Below, piece by piece: positions 33,851-45,686 of a stretch of DNA of 64,000 nt (positions are counted from its first letter, which is position 1; each line of letters opens with the position of its first letter). Both the position numbers and the translations under genes were made by a program. Below the pieces are notes generated by a model. The model did not search any database. It had not been told where the DNA came from and saw nothing but the letters and a program-made list of their open reading frames with translations. The stretch is from Selaginella moellendorffii (lineage: Eukaryota > Plantae > Lycopodiophyta), in NCBI RefSeq assembly GCF_000143415.4, contig NW_003314353.1, positions 1-64,000 of the forward strand, read 5' to 3'.

Positions 33851-35029
33851 GGTAAGAATGAATCTGGTTAGATCATTATAAATAACTCCAACCAGAAGAA
33901 ATTTTGCTTCCTTTTGTGGTTAACATTCAGTTGCAATTCTTTTATGATTGAGTTTGATAGCTAAGTGAAAGATGGTTGTTTTATATTAGAAAAAACTATA
34001 TTAATAAAATTATTTTCCAGCACAATTGAAGTCTTTTCAGATTTTTTAGGTTTACAGTTTTTATAAAATAATTTGAACAAAAAATTATATCAATTTTAAT
34101 TTTTAAAATGATAAATTAAAATAAGTGTTCAAAATGTTTTTTAGGAAAAACATTATGATACATATGCATAATTGAACTGAAAAATGATTTTACTCTTTAA
34201 TTTTTTAAGTCATTTTTTTATCCAATTGGATAATTTTAATTTTTAATCTTCTAAATATCAAAAAAATTAAATATTTATTTAATTGATTATTATTTAGTGG
34301 TAGTTAGAGTTTATATAATATGAACATATAACTTCCAAATGCTAATTTAGAAATAAAAAGATTATTTTGAAGTTGTTCTTTTTTAATCTATTGCAACAAT
34401 TTTACTTTATAATCTCCTAAAATATCAAATGCAAATAAACTTTAATTTTTATTTAGTGGTTTTATAGTATTTATATAATATAAACATATAATTTTGTAAA
34501 CCCAAGCACTAATTTAGAAGGAAAAACATGATTTTAAACTTAGAATTGTAAAGTGTTTTAACTATATTTTTTTGTAAATTGTTTGCATTTGAAGTTTCTA
34601 ATTAAATTAACATTTTTTGTAAATTGAATTTAATAGGTAAGAAATGTCAATTTAACCATTCTATTTATTTTAGTTGATCAAAATAAATAATAAACCTTAA
34701 TTACAATAAGACATTATAATACAATTTGGCCAAGCATGAAAAGTATCTATGGATAATGCAGGCAGTGATTGTTCCTCCAAAGTACGAAGGGAATCAATCA
34801 AATCTTGCTGACCATGAGCCGTAACCATGTTTTGGCAATATTCCATGAAATACAGATTGAGCAATGGCTACTGCAGGCAATCTCAGCATGCCATCTGAGA
34901 AATGTAGCTCCAGGGATCACTTTAGAGACTTCTTGATTCAATGTAGCTTGCGGATGTCCATATATCAACCTTCCATATCATTGAGATCAATGTGAAGCCC
35001 GTGTAACGAGCTATGGAGAAATCTTTCAC

Positions 35030-37264
35030 AGGAGAGAGAGGATGTTGTCACAAGCAATCTTCTCCACTCTCTCATCCTTCCACTTGGAGCAAGCACCCAG
35101 CAAACTCGTCCAAGTGACCATTGTGGCTTCAAATGGCATAGCTTCCACCATCTCCACAGCTTCCTCGAGCTGCTGTGCCTGCATGCCAATCATTCTGTGG
35201 TAGTGCTCAATGCCTGGATCTAATCCTCACCTAGACATCATCTCCTGGAAAAACTTTTTGCCCTAGTCGATCATCCCAGCCTGGCTGCAAGTCGTGAGCA
35301 CTGAGACATAAGTTACACTGTCTGGCTTGACACCCTCGTCACATCACTTGATTGCTGTCTCCTTGGTGGCTGTAGCCTGCGATAAGTGAGCTCCAACTCA
35401 CAGAAAAGCACGTTAACAAACTGGTGTCCAATGAAACAGAATATTACTCTTCGTTAACATTAACGGAAGAGCAATTCTTACAAAATTGCAGACAAACTTG
35501 TAATAGTATTCCGCCAAACTGATAAAGGAATAAACATCTGATATAGACGAAGGCATATTCCCGGCAAATGTACTCTTCGTATGCTTCTCAAGACTTCATC
35601 AGTACTACTTTCTTTGGATTTACCTCAATTACGCCACCACTAACTATGTGTCTGAGAAAATTTATGCGCAATTGTCCAAAAGCACATTTACTTTCCTACA
35701 GAGATGTCAATGACTTCACCAGTTTTACTTTTTCTAAATTTACCTCAATTACACCACCACCAACTATATGTCCAAGAAACTTTACGTGCAATTGTCCAAA
35801 AGCACATTTACTTTCCTACAGAGATGTCAATGTCCTCAAATAAATAAACTCGTGTCATTTGCTCTGATACCAATTATAGCACACTTTATCTTTCTCCCCT
35901 TAAATCAACTGAAAAAAGGGCAATTGCTTAATGAGAGAGCCTTTAATGACTATTTTATCCCCATTTATCCCCCAAAGTTCTAAGGATCCATGGTGACAGT
36001 ATATCCAAATTTCATCCCATGATCATATGCGCTACAAAACACCAGCTCCACTTTCCATAGCTGCTATAGAAATCAACCAACCAACGAAGAGATCACAGCT
36101 CCCTGGAACTTGGAACTGGAACCCCAAGCTCGTGATCTCTTCATGAAGTATCCGGCCAAGCCTCAAGGCTACCGAGCTTTGAGAGCCCAAACGAGCGTCC
36201 ACACGTCTGGAGAACACCCCTCAAGTTGCATTAGCAAGAAAAAATGTAAAGCAGTTTCGGCCTGGCTGTTTTCAACATACCCGAGCACCAATGCCGTCCA
36301 GCAGACTTGATTTGGCTGGAAAATGGTGCTAAACACTCCAAGAGCATCGCCCAACAAGCCGCGTACATTTGAATCAAGAAGCTGTGAAGAAAGATATCCA
36401 AGAGATGCATATGGTTAGTAATTTGCAAGGGTTGTGCGTGAAAAGCCATATCTCTTTCCAGAGACTTCAGCTTGAGTATCCTTCCATGGATTGTATCTTC
36501 TCCTCATTCCGTCTTTGCTAGAGAAGTGATGGCCTGGAACACCGCAACAAAGGTTCTGGCATTTGCTCCACTGCTTTCTCGTTGAAGCACCACCTCGCTC
36601 TGCCCATTCTCTACAAATCCCTGCATCAAAGATGTCCATAGAACTACGTCATGCTTTGGAGCTCCATGAAAAACCTTCCACGCATCCACCACGCTTCCAC
36701 ACCGAGCATACATTCCACCAGGCTGCTAGCTACCAAAACGTTTGTGTCGATTCCCCTTGCAGCGGCCAGGGAGTGAAGAGCCATTCCTCTCTCGACAGAA
36801 GAAAACTTCACGACGAGCTCTAGATCTTGAAAAACCTTCCCATGTTCCTTCCCTGCGAGGCTCGCGCAGGCCTTGAGCAATCCAATAAACGTGACAGAAC
36901 TCCCTTGCAAGCCTCGCGATTCCATGTCCAGGAAGAGCTGGAGCGCAACCCCGCCATGCCCATTCTCGGCATAGCCCAGAATGAGAGAATTCCACGCGAC
37001 GGGGTCGGGGCAATCCATCCGGTCGAAAGCCCTGCGCACCTCGTCCATGCTGCCGCACTTGCCATAGAGATTCACCAGGTTGCTCGTCACGAACGCATTG
37101 GAATCGAGGCCGCAGCGCTCCGCCTCGGCGTGGATTTTCTTACCCCGGGATCGAGAGCATTCCTTGAGCGACGCAAGGAATCTCCTCACCTCGCAATCGC
37201 TGGAGCGAGGCCAAGCTTGGAACGGAAAGCTCGAGGTCGCGAAGAGGAAGAACGAAGGTTTCAT
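35030..37264 (-). pseudogene. PPR pseudogene A, copy 2, interrupted by an RT fragment
   Basis: Start 'MKPSFFLF', 'NLVNLYGKCGSMDEVRRAFDRM'; E domain 'MPFEATMVTWTSLLGAC' at 35040-35190. Confidence 0.88.
35404..36030 (-). mobile_element. Ty3/gypsy reverse-transcriptase fragment with an internal ~120 bp tandem duplication (35591-35832)
   Basis: Minus strand encodes 'KCAFGQLHVKFLGHIVGGGVIEVNLEKV' and 'LAEYYYKFVCNFVRIALPL...FHWTPVC', typical of the gypsy RT C-terminus and connection. Absent at the equivalent sites 30520 and 60620. Confidence 0.8.
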
Positions 37265-37395
37265 TTGATTCTTTGTTTCAAAGGGTCAAGATAGTCTTAT
37301 AAACGGTCAAGGTTGTCCGTACTAAAATAACTATTTAATTACATTTTTTATTGCCATATAAAAAGGCCTTTTAAGATTCACACAATCAGGGTTCA

Positions 37396-38088
37396 ATGGC
37401 AGCGGAGATCGAGAGTGTGGACAAGAAGGCTAACGCTGTGGCAGCGATGACTGTGATCAAAAAGGGAAGGAAGAGGCAGCGAGACAAAGAGGGACAAACT
37501 CATACAAAGGCTAGTGCTCCAAAGAGAAGGCATGAGCTCGAGGAGGAACCCCCTATGGTCCCAAAGAAAAATTTGAGCAGCAAGGCAGTATACAAGATTG
37601 ATGGGTTAGTTATCACTTCCCACAGCGATTTTCATGACTTTTGGCCGCGATCAGCATCCAAGCTACCGGCACCGGACTACCTCCACTGCGCTGGAGCTCA
37701 AGAGCTTCACAGCCTCCTCACCCAAGAGCTCTGCAGGAGAGACCGTGATGATTGCGGCCCGAGGAACGCCCAGCTCTTGGTGGTGATTGGCGGGACGAGA
37801 TGCCACATGATGAGGCGACTCGAGGACTTGTGCCACTCGACTAGATGCGCTGGAGACAAGATCTGGTATGGAGTCCAGATTAAAGAGGGTGGAAGCTTGT
37901 GCACGCTGTTCAAGTATATGTTTGATGGGAGGAGCACGAGCATGAGCCGGGACATGTCCAAGGAAATCCATGCCAAGGATTGCACAAACAAGACAAACAA
38001 CATGATTCAAGAGATCCTCTCCCATGTCTCTGGGAACAAGAGCAACAGTTACTTCTCTCCAATCCGTGTGGAGAGCGTCCACCATTGA
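37396..38088 (+). CDS. Orphan 230-aa protein, copy 2
   Basis: Intact; 3 amino-acid differences from copy 1, no indels. Confidence 0.6.
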   Translation: MAAEIESVDKKANAVAAMTVIKKGRKRQRDKEGQTHTKASAPKRRHELEEEPPMVPKKNLSSKAVYKIDGLVITSHSDFHDFWPRSASKLPAPDYLHCAGAQELHSLLTQELCRRDRDDCGPRNAQLLVVIGGTRCHMMRRLEDLCHSTRCAGDKIWYGVQIKEGGSLCTLFKYMFDGRSTSMSRDMSKEIHAKDCTNKTNNMIQEILSHVSGNKSNSYFSPIRVESVHH

Positions 38089-38329
38089 TTGTAAGAATCA
38101 CCCATGATTAAAAGCTTTCACTTTAAGAGAGTACATCAAAATGGAGAACAATTAAAAGTAGCTTGTTATTCCTCCCGATCGACATTGGTTTCGCTTCTTA
38201 AATTCCTGGTGCATTGCTTCACCAATATGGGCTGGCGATTCTATAACCGTGACTTCCACAAATTTCAGTCTCTTGATTTTGTCCTGGGCCGTGCCAACTG
38301 AAATATTTAGTGGGCCATGTTAATGTAAT

Positions 38330-38379
38330 GGGCATTTGGTCTAGTGGCATGGTTCTCGCTTTGCAAGAGGTCCCGAGTG
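38330..38379 (+). pseudogene. tRNA-Pro-derived pseudogene, copy 2
   Basis: Same sequence as 32889-32938. Confidence 0.85.
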
Positions 38380-39300
38380 TATTTTCAACAAATGAGAAAT
38401 TGCTCCGCGCTCGTCTCTCCATCTTTCTTCGGTATGGAAACTTCGAAGAAGCCTTTTGCCTCGTGCAAGAGCATCACTCGCGCGACCTGGAATCGAATCA
38501 GGGACGTTCTAAACAAGCTCTTTGCTTTCGCCATTTGCCCGTTTATGGCATACCCGTGAATTGTGACGCTTCGAGTGATGGTCTTATCGAACAGCTCTTG
38601 AACATATGTTGCCATGAGGGTGCTCCACGTCGGCATCTTGTAGCGGCATAGAATAAAAAATTTGTTTAGCCATTTTCAGATGCCCGGCCTTGGGTTCCAC
38701 ATCACTATATCTTTGCTGCTGGCTTTGTTGGGTTAAGCTCCTTGCAGCGCTATATGCTTCAATCATCACTTTCCAGGAGATGTCATCATGTCGCGGCGCG
38801 GCAATCCATCAAAGACTTGTTGGGCTTGATCTGTTCTGCATAAGATTTGAGCATTGTGGTGGGGGAGACAAGATCAACTTCAGTCATGCTATGGAAGATT
38901 TGTTCTGTGCTGTGAGAATCCCCAGATCGGGCGAGGAGACAATATCAGAGTTCGTCCATATTGTCACTATGTGTATAGGCAGCGAGCATTGCGTTCCAGG
39001 TGATGAGATCACGTTCCTCCATCGAATGAAAACCTAGCTTGGCTTTCTTCAAATGCCCAGAACAAGCAAGTGCAGTAAGAATTGTGGTAGAAGAAATGAG
39101 TTTCCATTCTGGGATTGATTCATAAAGTGACTGTGCCTTGAGAAGAGCGTTGTTTGTGATATAACCAGCTATCATTGCATAAGTTGTTTTGCGGGATTTT
39201 GAACAAGAGATGTTCTGCTTCATGGAGATGAGCATTTGTGGCAAATGCTTACAATATCATCACCCAGGAGAAGCAGTCCTTGGTGACAATTCTGCAAAAG
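38380..39300 (-). pseudogene. PPR pseudogene B, copy 2
   Basis: 'FHSMEERDLITWNAMLAAY'; co-linear with 32940-33850. Confidence 0.82.
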
Positions 39301-40479
39301 ATTTGGTAAGAATGAATCTGGTTAGATCATTATAAATAACTCCAACCAGAAGAAATTTTGCTTCCTTTTGTGGTTAACATTCAGTTGCAATTCTTTTATG
39401 ATTGATTTTGATAGCTAAGTGAAAGATGGTTGTTTTATATTAGAAAAAAATATATTAATAAAATTATTTTCCAGCACAATTGAAGTCTTTTCAGATTTTT
39501 TAGGTTTACAGTTTTTATAAAATAATTTGAACAAAAACTTATATCAATTTTAATTTTTAAAATGATAAATTAAAATAAGTGTTCAAAATTTTTTTTAGGA
39601 AAAACATTATGATACATATGCATAATTGAACTGAAAAATGATTTTACTCTTTAATTTTTTAAGTCATTTTTTTATCCAATTGGATAATTTTACTTTTTAA
39701 TCTTCTAAAATATCAAACAAATTAAATATTTATTTATTTGATTATTATTTAGTGGTAGTTAGAGTTTATATAATATGAACATATAACTTCCAAATGCTAA
39801 TTTAGAAATAAATTTTTTTTTAAGTTGATCTTTTTTTATCTATTGCAACAATTTTACTTTATAATCTCCTAAAATATCATATGCAAATAAACTTTAATTT
39901 TTATTTAGTGGTTTTATAGTATTTATATAATATAAACATATAATTTTGTAAACCTAAGCACTAATTTAGAAGGAAAAACATGATTTTAAACTTAGAATTG
40001 TAAAGTGTTTTAACTATATTTTTTTGTAAATTGTTTGCATTTGAAGTTTCTAATTAAATTAACATTTTTTGTAAATTGAATTTAATAAGTAAGAAATGTC
40101 AATTTAACCATTCTTTTTATTTTAGTTGATCAAAATAAATAATAAACCTTAATTACAATAAGTCATTATAATACAATTTGGCCAAGCATGAAAAGTATCC
40201 ATGGATAATGCAGGCAGTGATTGTTCCTCCAAAGTACGAAGGGAATCAGTCGAATCTTGCTGACCATGAGCCGTGACCATGTTTTGGCGATATTCCATGA
40301 AATACAGATTGAGCAATGGCTACTGCAGGCAATCTCAGCATGCCATCTGAGAAATGCAGCTCCAGGGATCGCTTTAGAGACTTCTTGATTCAATGTAGCT
40401 TGCAGATGTCCATATATCAACCTTCCATATCATTGAGATCAACATGAAGCCCGTGTAACGAGCTATGGAGAAATCTTTC

Positions 40480-40920
40480 ACAGGAGAGAGAGAGGATGTT
40501 GTCACAAGCAATCTTCTCCACTCTCTCATCCTTCCACTTGGAGCAAGCACCCAGCAAACTCGTCCAAGTGACCATTGTGGCTTCAAACGGCATAGCTTCC
40601 ACCATCTCCACAGCTTCCTCGAGCTGCTGTGCCTGCATGCCAATCATTTTGTGGTAGTGCTCAATACCTGGATCTAATCCACACCTAGACGTCATCTCCT
40701 GGAAAACTTTTTGCCTTGGTCGATCATCCCAGCCTGGCTGCAAGTCGTGAGCACTGAGACATAAGTTATACTGTCCGGCTTGACACCCTCATCACATCAC
40801 TCGATCGCTGTCTCTTTGGTGGCTGTAGCCTGCGATAAGTGAGCTCCAACTCACAGAAAAGCACGTTGACAAACTGGTGTCCAATGAAACAGAATATTAC
40901 TCTTCGTTACATTAATGGAA
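40480..40920 (-). pseudogene. 3' part of PPR-A copy 3 plus start of the RT fragment (continues at 55151)
   Basis: 'MPFEATMVTWTSLLGACSKW'; co-linear with 35030-35468. Confidence 0.82.
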
Positions 40921-41139
40921 TGTGAGACACAAATCCCTAAGCCCCAAAGTGGAGCCGAAAGGGTGCCACGTGGTAGTGGCCGAAGCGAAAGCCAAACAAG
41001 CGTAACACTACTAAAAGGCTCTAACTTGAAAGGTTGAGAGTGGGAGTGGAACTCCCAACGGAGTGCTCAAGGAACGAGCATGAAGTGAGCAATAAGCGAG
41101 GCTCCAAAAAGGGACCCAAAAGGACCAACACATGAGACA

Positions 41140-41685
41140 TGGAAAAGTCTGAGGTGGACCCGAGATGGACCCGAGATGGATTCGAGATTGAGTCTGAGAC
41201 GAACCTGAGATGGAGTCCGAGATGGACCCAAGATGAAGTCCGAGGTGGACCGAGACGGAGTCCGAGATGGAGTCCGAGGTGGACCGAGACGAAGTCTGAG
41301 GTGGACCGAGACAGAGTCCGAGATGGACCCGAGATGGAGTCCGAGGTGGACCGAGACGGAGTCCGAGATGGAGTCCGAGATGGAGTCCGAGGTGGACCAA
41401 GACGGAGTCCGAGATGGAGTCCAAGATGGACCCGAGATGGAGTCCGAGGTGGACCGAGACGAAGTCCAAGATGGACTCGAGATGGAGTCTGAGGTCGAGA
41501 CCGAGACCGGGACCGAAACCGAGACCAAGACTGAGACCGAGACCGAGATTGGGACTGAGACCGAGACCGAGATCGGGACTGAGACCGAGACCAAGGCCGA
41601 GGCCGAGACCAAGCCCGAGTCCGAGTTCGAGTCCGAGTCCGAGTCTGAGTTCGAGTTCGAGTTCGAGTTCGAGTTCGAGTCTGAG
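41140..41685 (+). repeat. Satellite-like array in LTR: 10-12 bp CCGAG-core units grading into 6-bp GAGACC/GAGTCC/GAGTTC units; also at 45917-46370, 47183-47648, 48235-48622 (-), 53882-54310 (-)
   Basis: ATGGAGTCCGAG / ATGGACCCGAG / GTGGACCGAGAC units are directly visible. Confidence 0.95.
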
Positions 41686-42386
41686 AGGGTGAAAGCTCAA
41701 AGCGTTCATCTCCAAGAGCCTGGGGGGTTTGGTGAGCTCCAAAAGTATAGGTCACGGTGTTCCGAAATGTTATCCCAAAGGTCACAGTGTTCCGAAATGT
41801 TATCCCAAAGGCCTAGACTGTGGAAAGGAAGAGGAGTAGTCCTCTAGTGTAGTGACCAAGGATACAGTCGTGCGGTGAGGAAATCCCAGAGGACCGTGGG
41901 ACTTAGTGGTTGGGCCTGTGGGCCTTGATCCAGTGGCAGTGTTGGCGAACACGGCCAAGGATAGAAAGGGACTTAGTGGGGACCGGAAAGGGGATATTGG
42001 GGAAGGTTATTCCCCATGTCCATGGGCATCCTAAGGATGTAAAGGAGTGGATATAAGGTGATCACTCATGGATGGATGGCCTAGTCTTTGAGAGACGGGA
42101 CTGTGATGTAGGTGGTGTTAGACCACCGATGTGACCAAGATGAATGGGCATGGCCTTAGCGTAACGGGCTGATATGTTGGTGGTACCTTGGGGTGTCGAT
42201 CATGGGATCGGACATGTGGAGCACTTGGACCAAGTGCAAAGGTTGAGTGGCGGAGATGCCATTCTCGGGGCTAGCAAGCCTAAGTCTGAAATAGGACTTA
42301 TGGAGGTTGTGAGTGAGACTCCTCCAAGTGGTCGAAGGTGTGGTTAAGTGACTAAAGTAGAATGGAAAAATTAGTCGCTTACAATT

Positions 42387-42398
42387 TGGTATCGGAGC
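42387..42398 (+). promoter_or_regulatory. Primer-binding site complementary to the 3' end of initiator tRNA-Met
   Basis: TGGTATCGGAGC, 3 nt after the LTR-terminal ACA. Confidence 0.85.
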
Positions 42399-44854
42399 TG
42401 TTCCTTAGTCCGACTCTTATTGGTGGCGAAGTATATCACCACTTGTATTGGAATTGGAAGGTCCTAGGTATGGACCTATCCTTAAGGAGGAGTATGTCGA
42501 GAGGATATGGCTCTCCACTCAAGTTCATATGTGAACTTGGGCGTGATATGGTGGATAGAAAAGGGCCAATAATGGAATGAGTTTGGGATTTTGGGAACAG
42601 TATAAAGGTTTCCTCAGCGAGATGAGGATGTGATCCAAATGAGCATTTGACTTAGCAAATTGGCTAATGTAGTTGTGGTAAACTACAGTTGGGATCACGG
42701 GAAAGATAGAGACTCCAAAGCAATAAAGGAGTCACAAGATTATCCTCATATAGTTGAGGTTGGTGCTCATGAATGTGAGACCAGAAGTAATGATTGCGGG
42801 ATGTCAAATATAGAAAAGGACACAAGTTCTTGAAATGGTAGCTGGAGCTATTTGTAATAAATGCTGAAACAACCCAAGGAATTGGGGGTGTACTCAAAGG
42901 ATGAGTTGGTATTCTCATCACATGGACAAGTGGTCCTAAGAGGCAAAAGGTTTCCCCAAGAGAACAAATCAAGTGTCGAAGTAACACTTGCAGATATAGT
43001 CCTTGTGAGTAGGACTTGAATACAAGAAGTTGTATTCTAGTGAGCTGGCACCTCAAAGATAGGACCTCATGGGTCATCAGATGACAAAGTCCAAAAAGTT
43101 GAATGACTCAAATAGAGTCAAGGAATAATCCTAAAGGGATTGGTTGAAACATTTGGACTAAGGTGTATGGTGCCTTATGAGGTATGGAGAGGATCATAAG
43201 ATTCAAGTATGAGAACAGTAGGTATCTTATTGATAGCAAAATGTGCTATACTAAAGTTGTGGGAAAGATGTTCCCAAAAGAAAACAACTTTGGCATAGAG
43301 TTGTGTGTGAACACTATAGTGCAGTGCTAACTGATAGTTGGCATGAAAAACGATTGCTTTGGTCTTGGCAAAGACCTAGACACAAGTAAAAAGTGTTATA
43401 GAAGTAGGCTCATGGAGCCGTTAGTGTGAAGACACTAAATGTGCCAAAGTGAGATACCTTGAGGTTATGTTCATGGGAACCCCTTGCCAAGGGAATGGCA
43501 TAGCCTAAGCTGGAAGGCATGTGGTTGGAGTATGGTGACCCAAATAATGATGGAAGTGTGAAAACACCAAACAATGAGTTGTAGGACTTGACAACTATGG
43601 GACAACTAAGCAAAAGGTGCAAAATAATTAGTTAAATGGGTAGAAGGTAGCTACTCAAGACTTCTTAAAGGCATGAGGAAGTTAGATATACCCTTACGGA
43701 GGATAAATTGTTTATGTTGCGATATAGTAAATCAATATCGAAAAAGGAAATGCTCATTGTCAAGGAAACCATCATTGGGACACCAAAACACTCTGGAATA
43801 CCAGGAGGTGGTGTTTTGTGTCGCGAGGGCAATAAATAAGGCCCAAGGGACTAAATCTCTAGCGAATGATGGATGGAAGATGCCATCCAAACGTCCAAGG
43901 TTGTGGAGACGGGAGGAATCCGTCTACCTGATTTGGACAAAGCCAAAAATGGGATTTTGGCAAGGCTAGTGATGGGCATATGGAGGCCCATAAGTAGCAA
44001 CGGTAATCCCGGTGTGTGGGATTATAAGGTGAGCATGCCCAATTGAGGAACCACTCCCTAAGCTATCGGGTAAGTTCATCCCTATGAATACTTGCTAAGG
44101 CATGGTAAAATGTGCAAAGCTATCCTCCTAGTTTGGAGGAGAATAACCAAAGGAAACATATAGGGCCAAAAGGCAAGTAGTATTGGGATGGAACTGAACT
44201 ATAGAAATCGAAGGGCATAATCAATGGTGGTTATGCAAGTTAGGAGTGGAGAATCAAAAGGATGCTCAAGGAGTTGTTATTAGCAACCGCAGTGCCATGG
44301 AGAGTCTAAAATGTGGAATTATTCATGTTGAACCATATGGTGAGCAAGGAGCTTGCAAAGGAGTGGCCTTAGCAAGTTAAGGAACAGAGTTCTTTGAAGG
44401 TTCCCGAAGACAATTCTAGGTAAATAAGTACTTAGAAAGCCAAGTGTAAATGGTTCTTAGAGTGCGCGAAATCAGAGTGGCGCAACAGAAGCGTGGTCTT
44501 GAAGCTGGCTATGAGGCAAGGCTATCAAGGTTGGGGAAGTAGTTCCCGAGTGTTCAAAGAGAGGGCTTTGAACGAAAGTCGATGGTTAAAGACTTTCATG
44601 TTTATGCATGAACCATGTTACGGTGGCTGGATGATTTGCTAGATGAGATTAGCAAGTCGGGGGAACAAATACTCTAGTCAAAGGTGCTGCCTTCAAAAGG
44701 GGTGGCCAATGGGGCCGAGCATGGAAGAGTCCATGCACGATCACCGACTTGTCAAGTGAGAGGACTTGGCAGTGCGGAGGAACTAGGTTCCTAAGTTGTG
44801 ATCTATAGCACGCTTTAAGTACATGTTGGTGCACCCACGTGGGGAGTCACGCTA

Positions 44855-44948
44855 GGCATCTGGTGTGATGCCATCCGTAGATGCATATACGGAGGTTGGG
44901 TTCAAGTCCCAACCCTCTAGTGCTTGGGTTCGAGTCCCAAATCACTAG
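44855..44948 (+). ncRNA. Conserved four-hairpin RNA element in the LARD internal region (second copy 50313-50406, - strand)
   Basis: Stems GGCATC/GATGCC, TCCGTA/TACGGA, GGTTGGG/CCCAACC and CTAGTG..TTGGG/CCCAA..CACTAG; two TTCRAGT T-loops. Confidence 0.55.
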
Positions 44949-45686
44949 GGCGTGGTGATGGTTTGGAATATGAGGACACTCATTTTTCGGTGGTCATGGA
45001 CTTTTAGTAAAGAGACTAGCTTGGGCACACCGCCAAGCGGGGGATGCCCAAGAGTCATGATGCATGGTTAGATTGCTTAGAGTGAAAGCTCGGCATATCT
45101 AACTTGAACACTTTGGTGCAAAAGGCACCAAGGACGTGGTGAATGAGATGGGGACACCCAGTCTCAGTTGCTATGGATCCTTGGCCGGAAGGGCTGGCTT
45201 GGGCGCACCGCCAAGTGTGAGGGATGCCCCCGGGGTCATAGTCAATAATTTAAAAAGGTCTGGAAGACCTAGTTCTTATTGGTACACTTGTTAAGGGGTC
45301 AAGATGAGATCACCAGGTGATCTTGTGGCTAAACAAAGACAAGGTATTTGTTTGGGTTAAAGAATATGATTTTCAGTTCAAAGTGTTGATTTGAACTATT
45401 GATAATGGTGTGACTTGGTCGAGGTGACCAAGTGAGAAGGACACCTAAAGGGAAATCAATTGTGCCAATACGATGGTATAGTAAGTCCAAGAAAGTAATC
45501 TCGGGGAAAGACCCATGGAAGGGTTGCAAAGTTAGGCCATGAACGAAGCCTGTAGCAGAAATTGCTACAGAGACCTACTAAGGGTGAGCACCCGCTAGAC
45601 ATAGCAAAGTAGAGCCTTTGCCATGGAACCAAAAGGATACCTCGAGAATGGAGGTAGTGATCCTATGTTGCTCAGTGCAACAATCA

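Noticed and set aside
41140-41685. CRISPR-like or iteron-like appearance of the short repeats
   Set aside because: Units are contiguous with no unique spacers, there are no cas or rep genes, and the context is a eukaryotic LTR.
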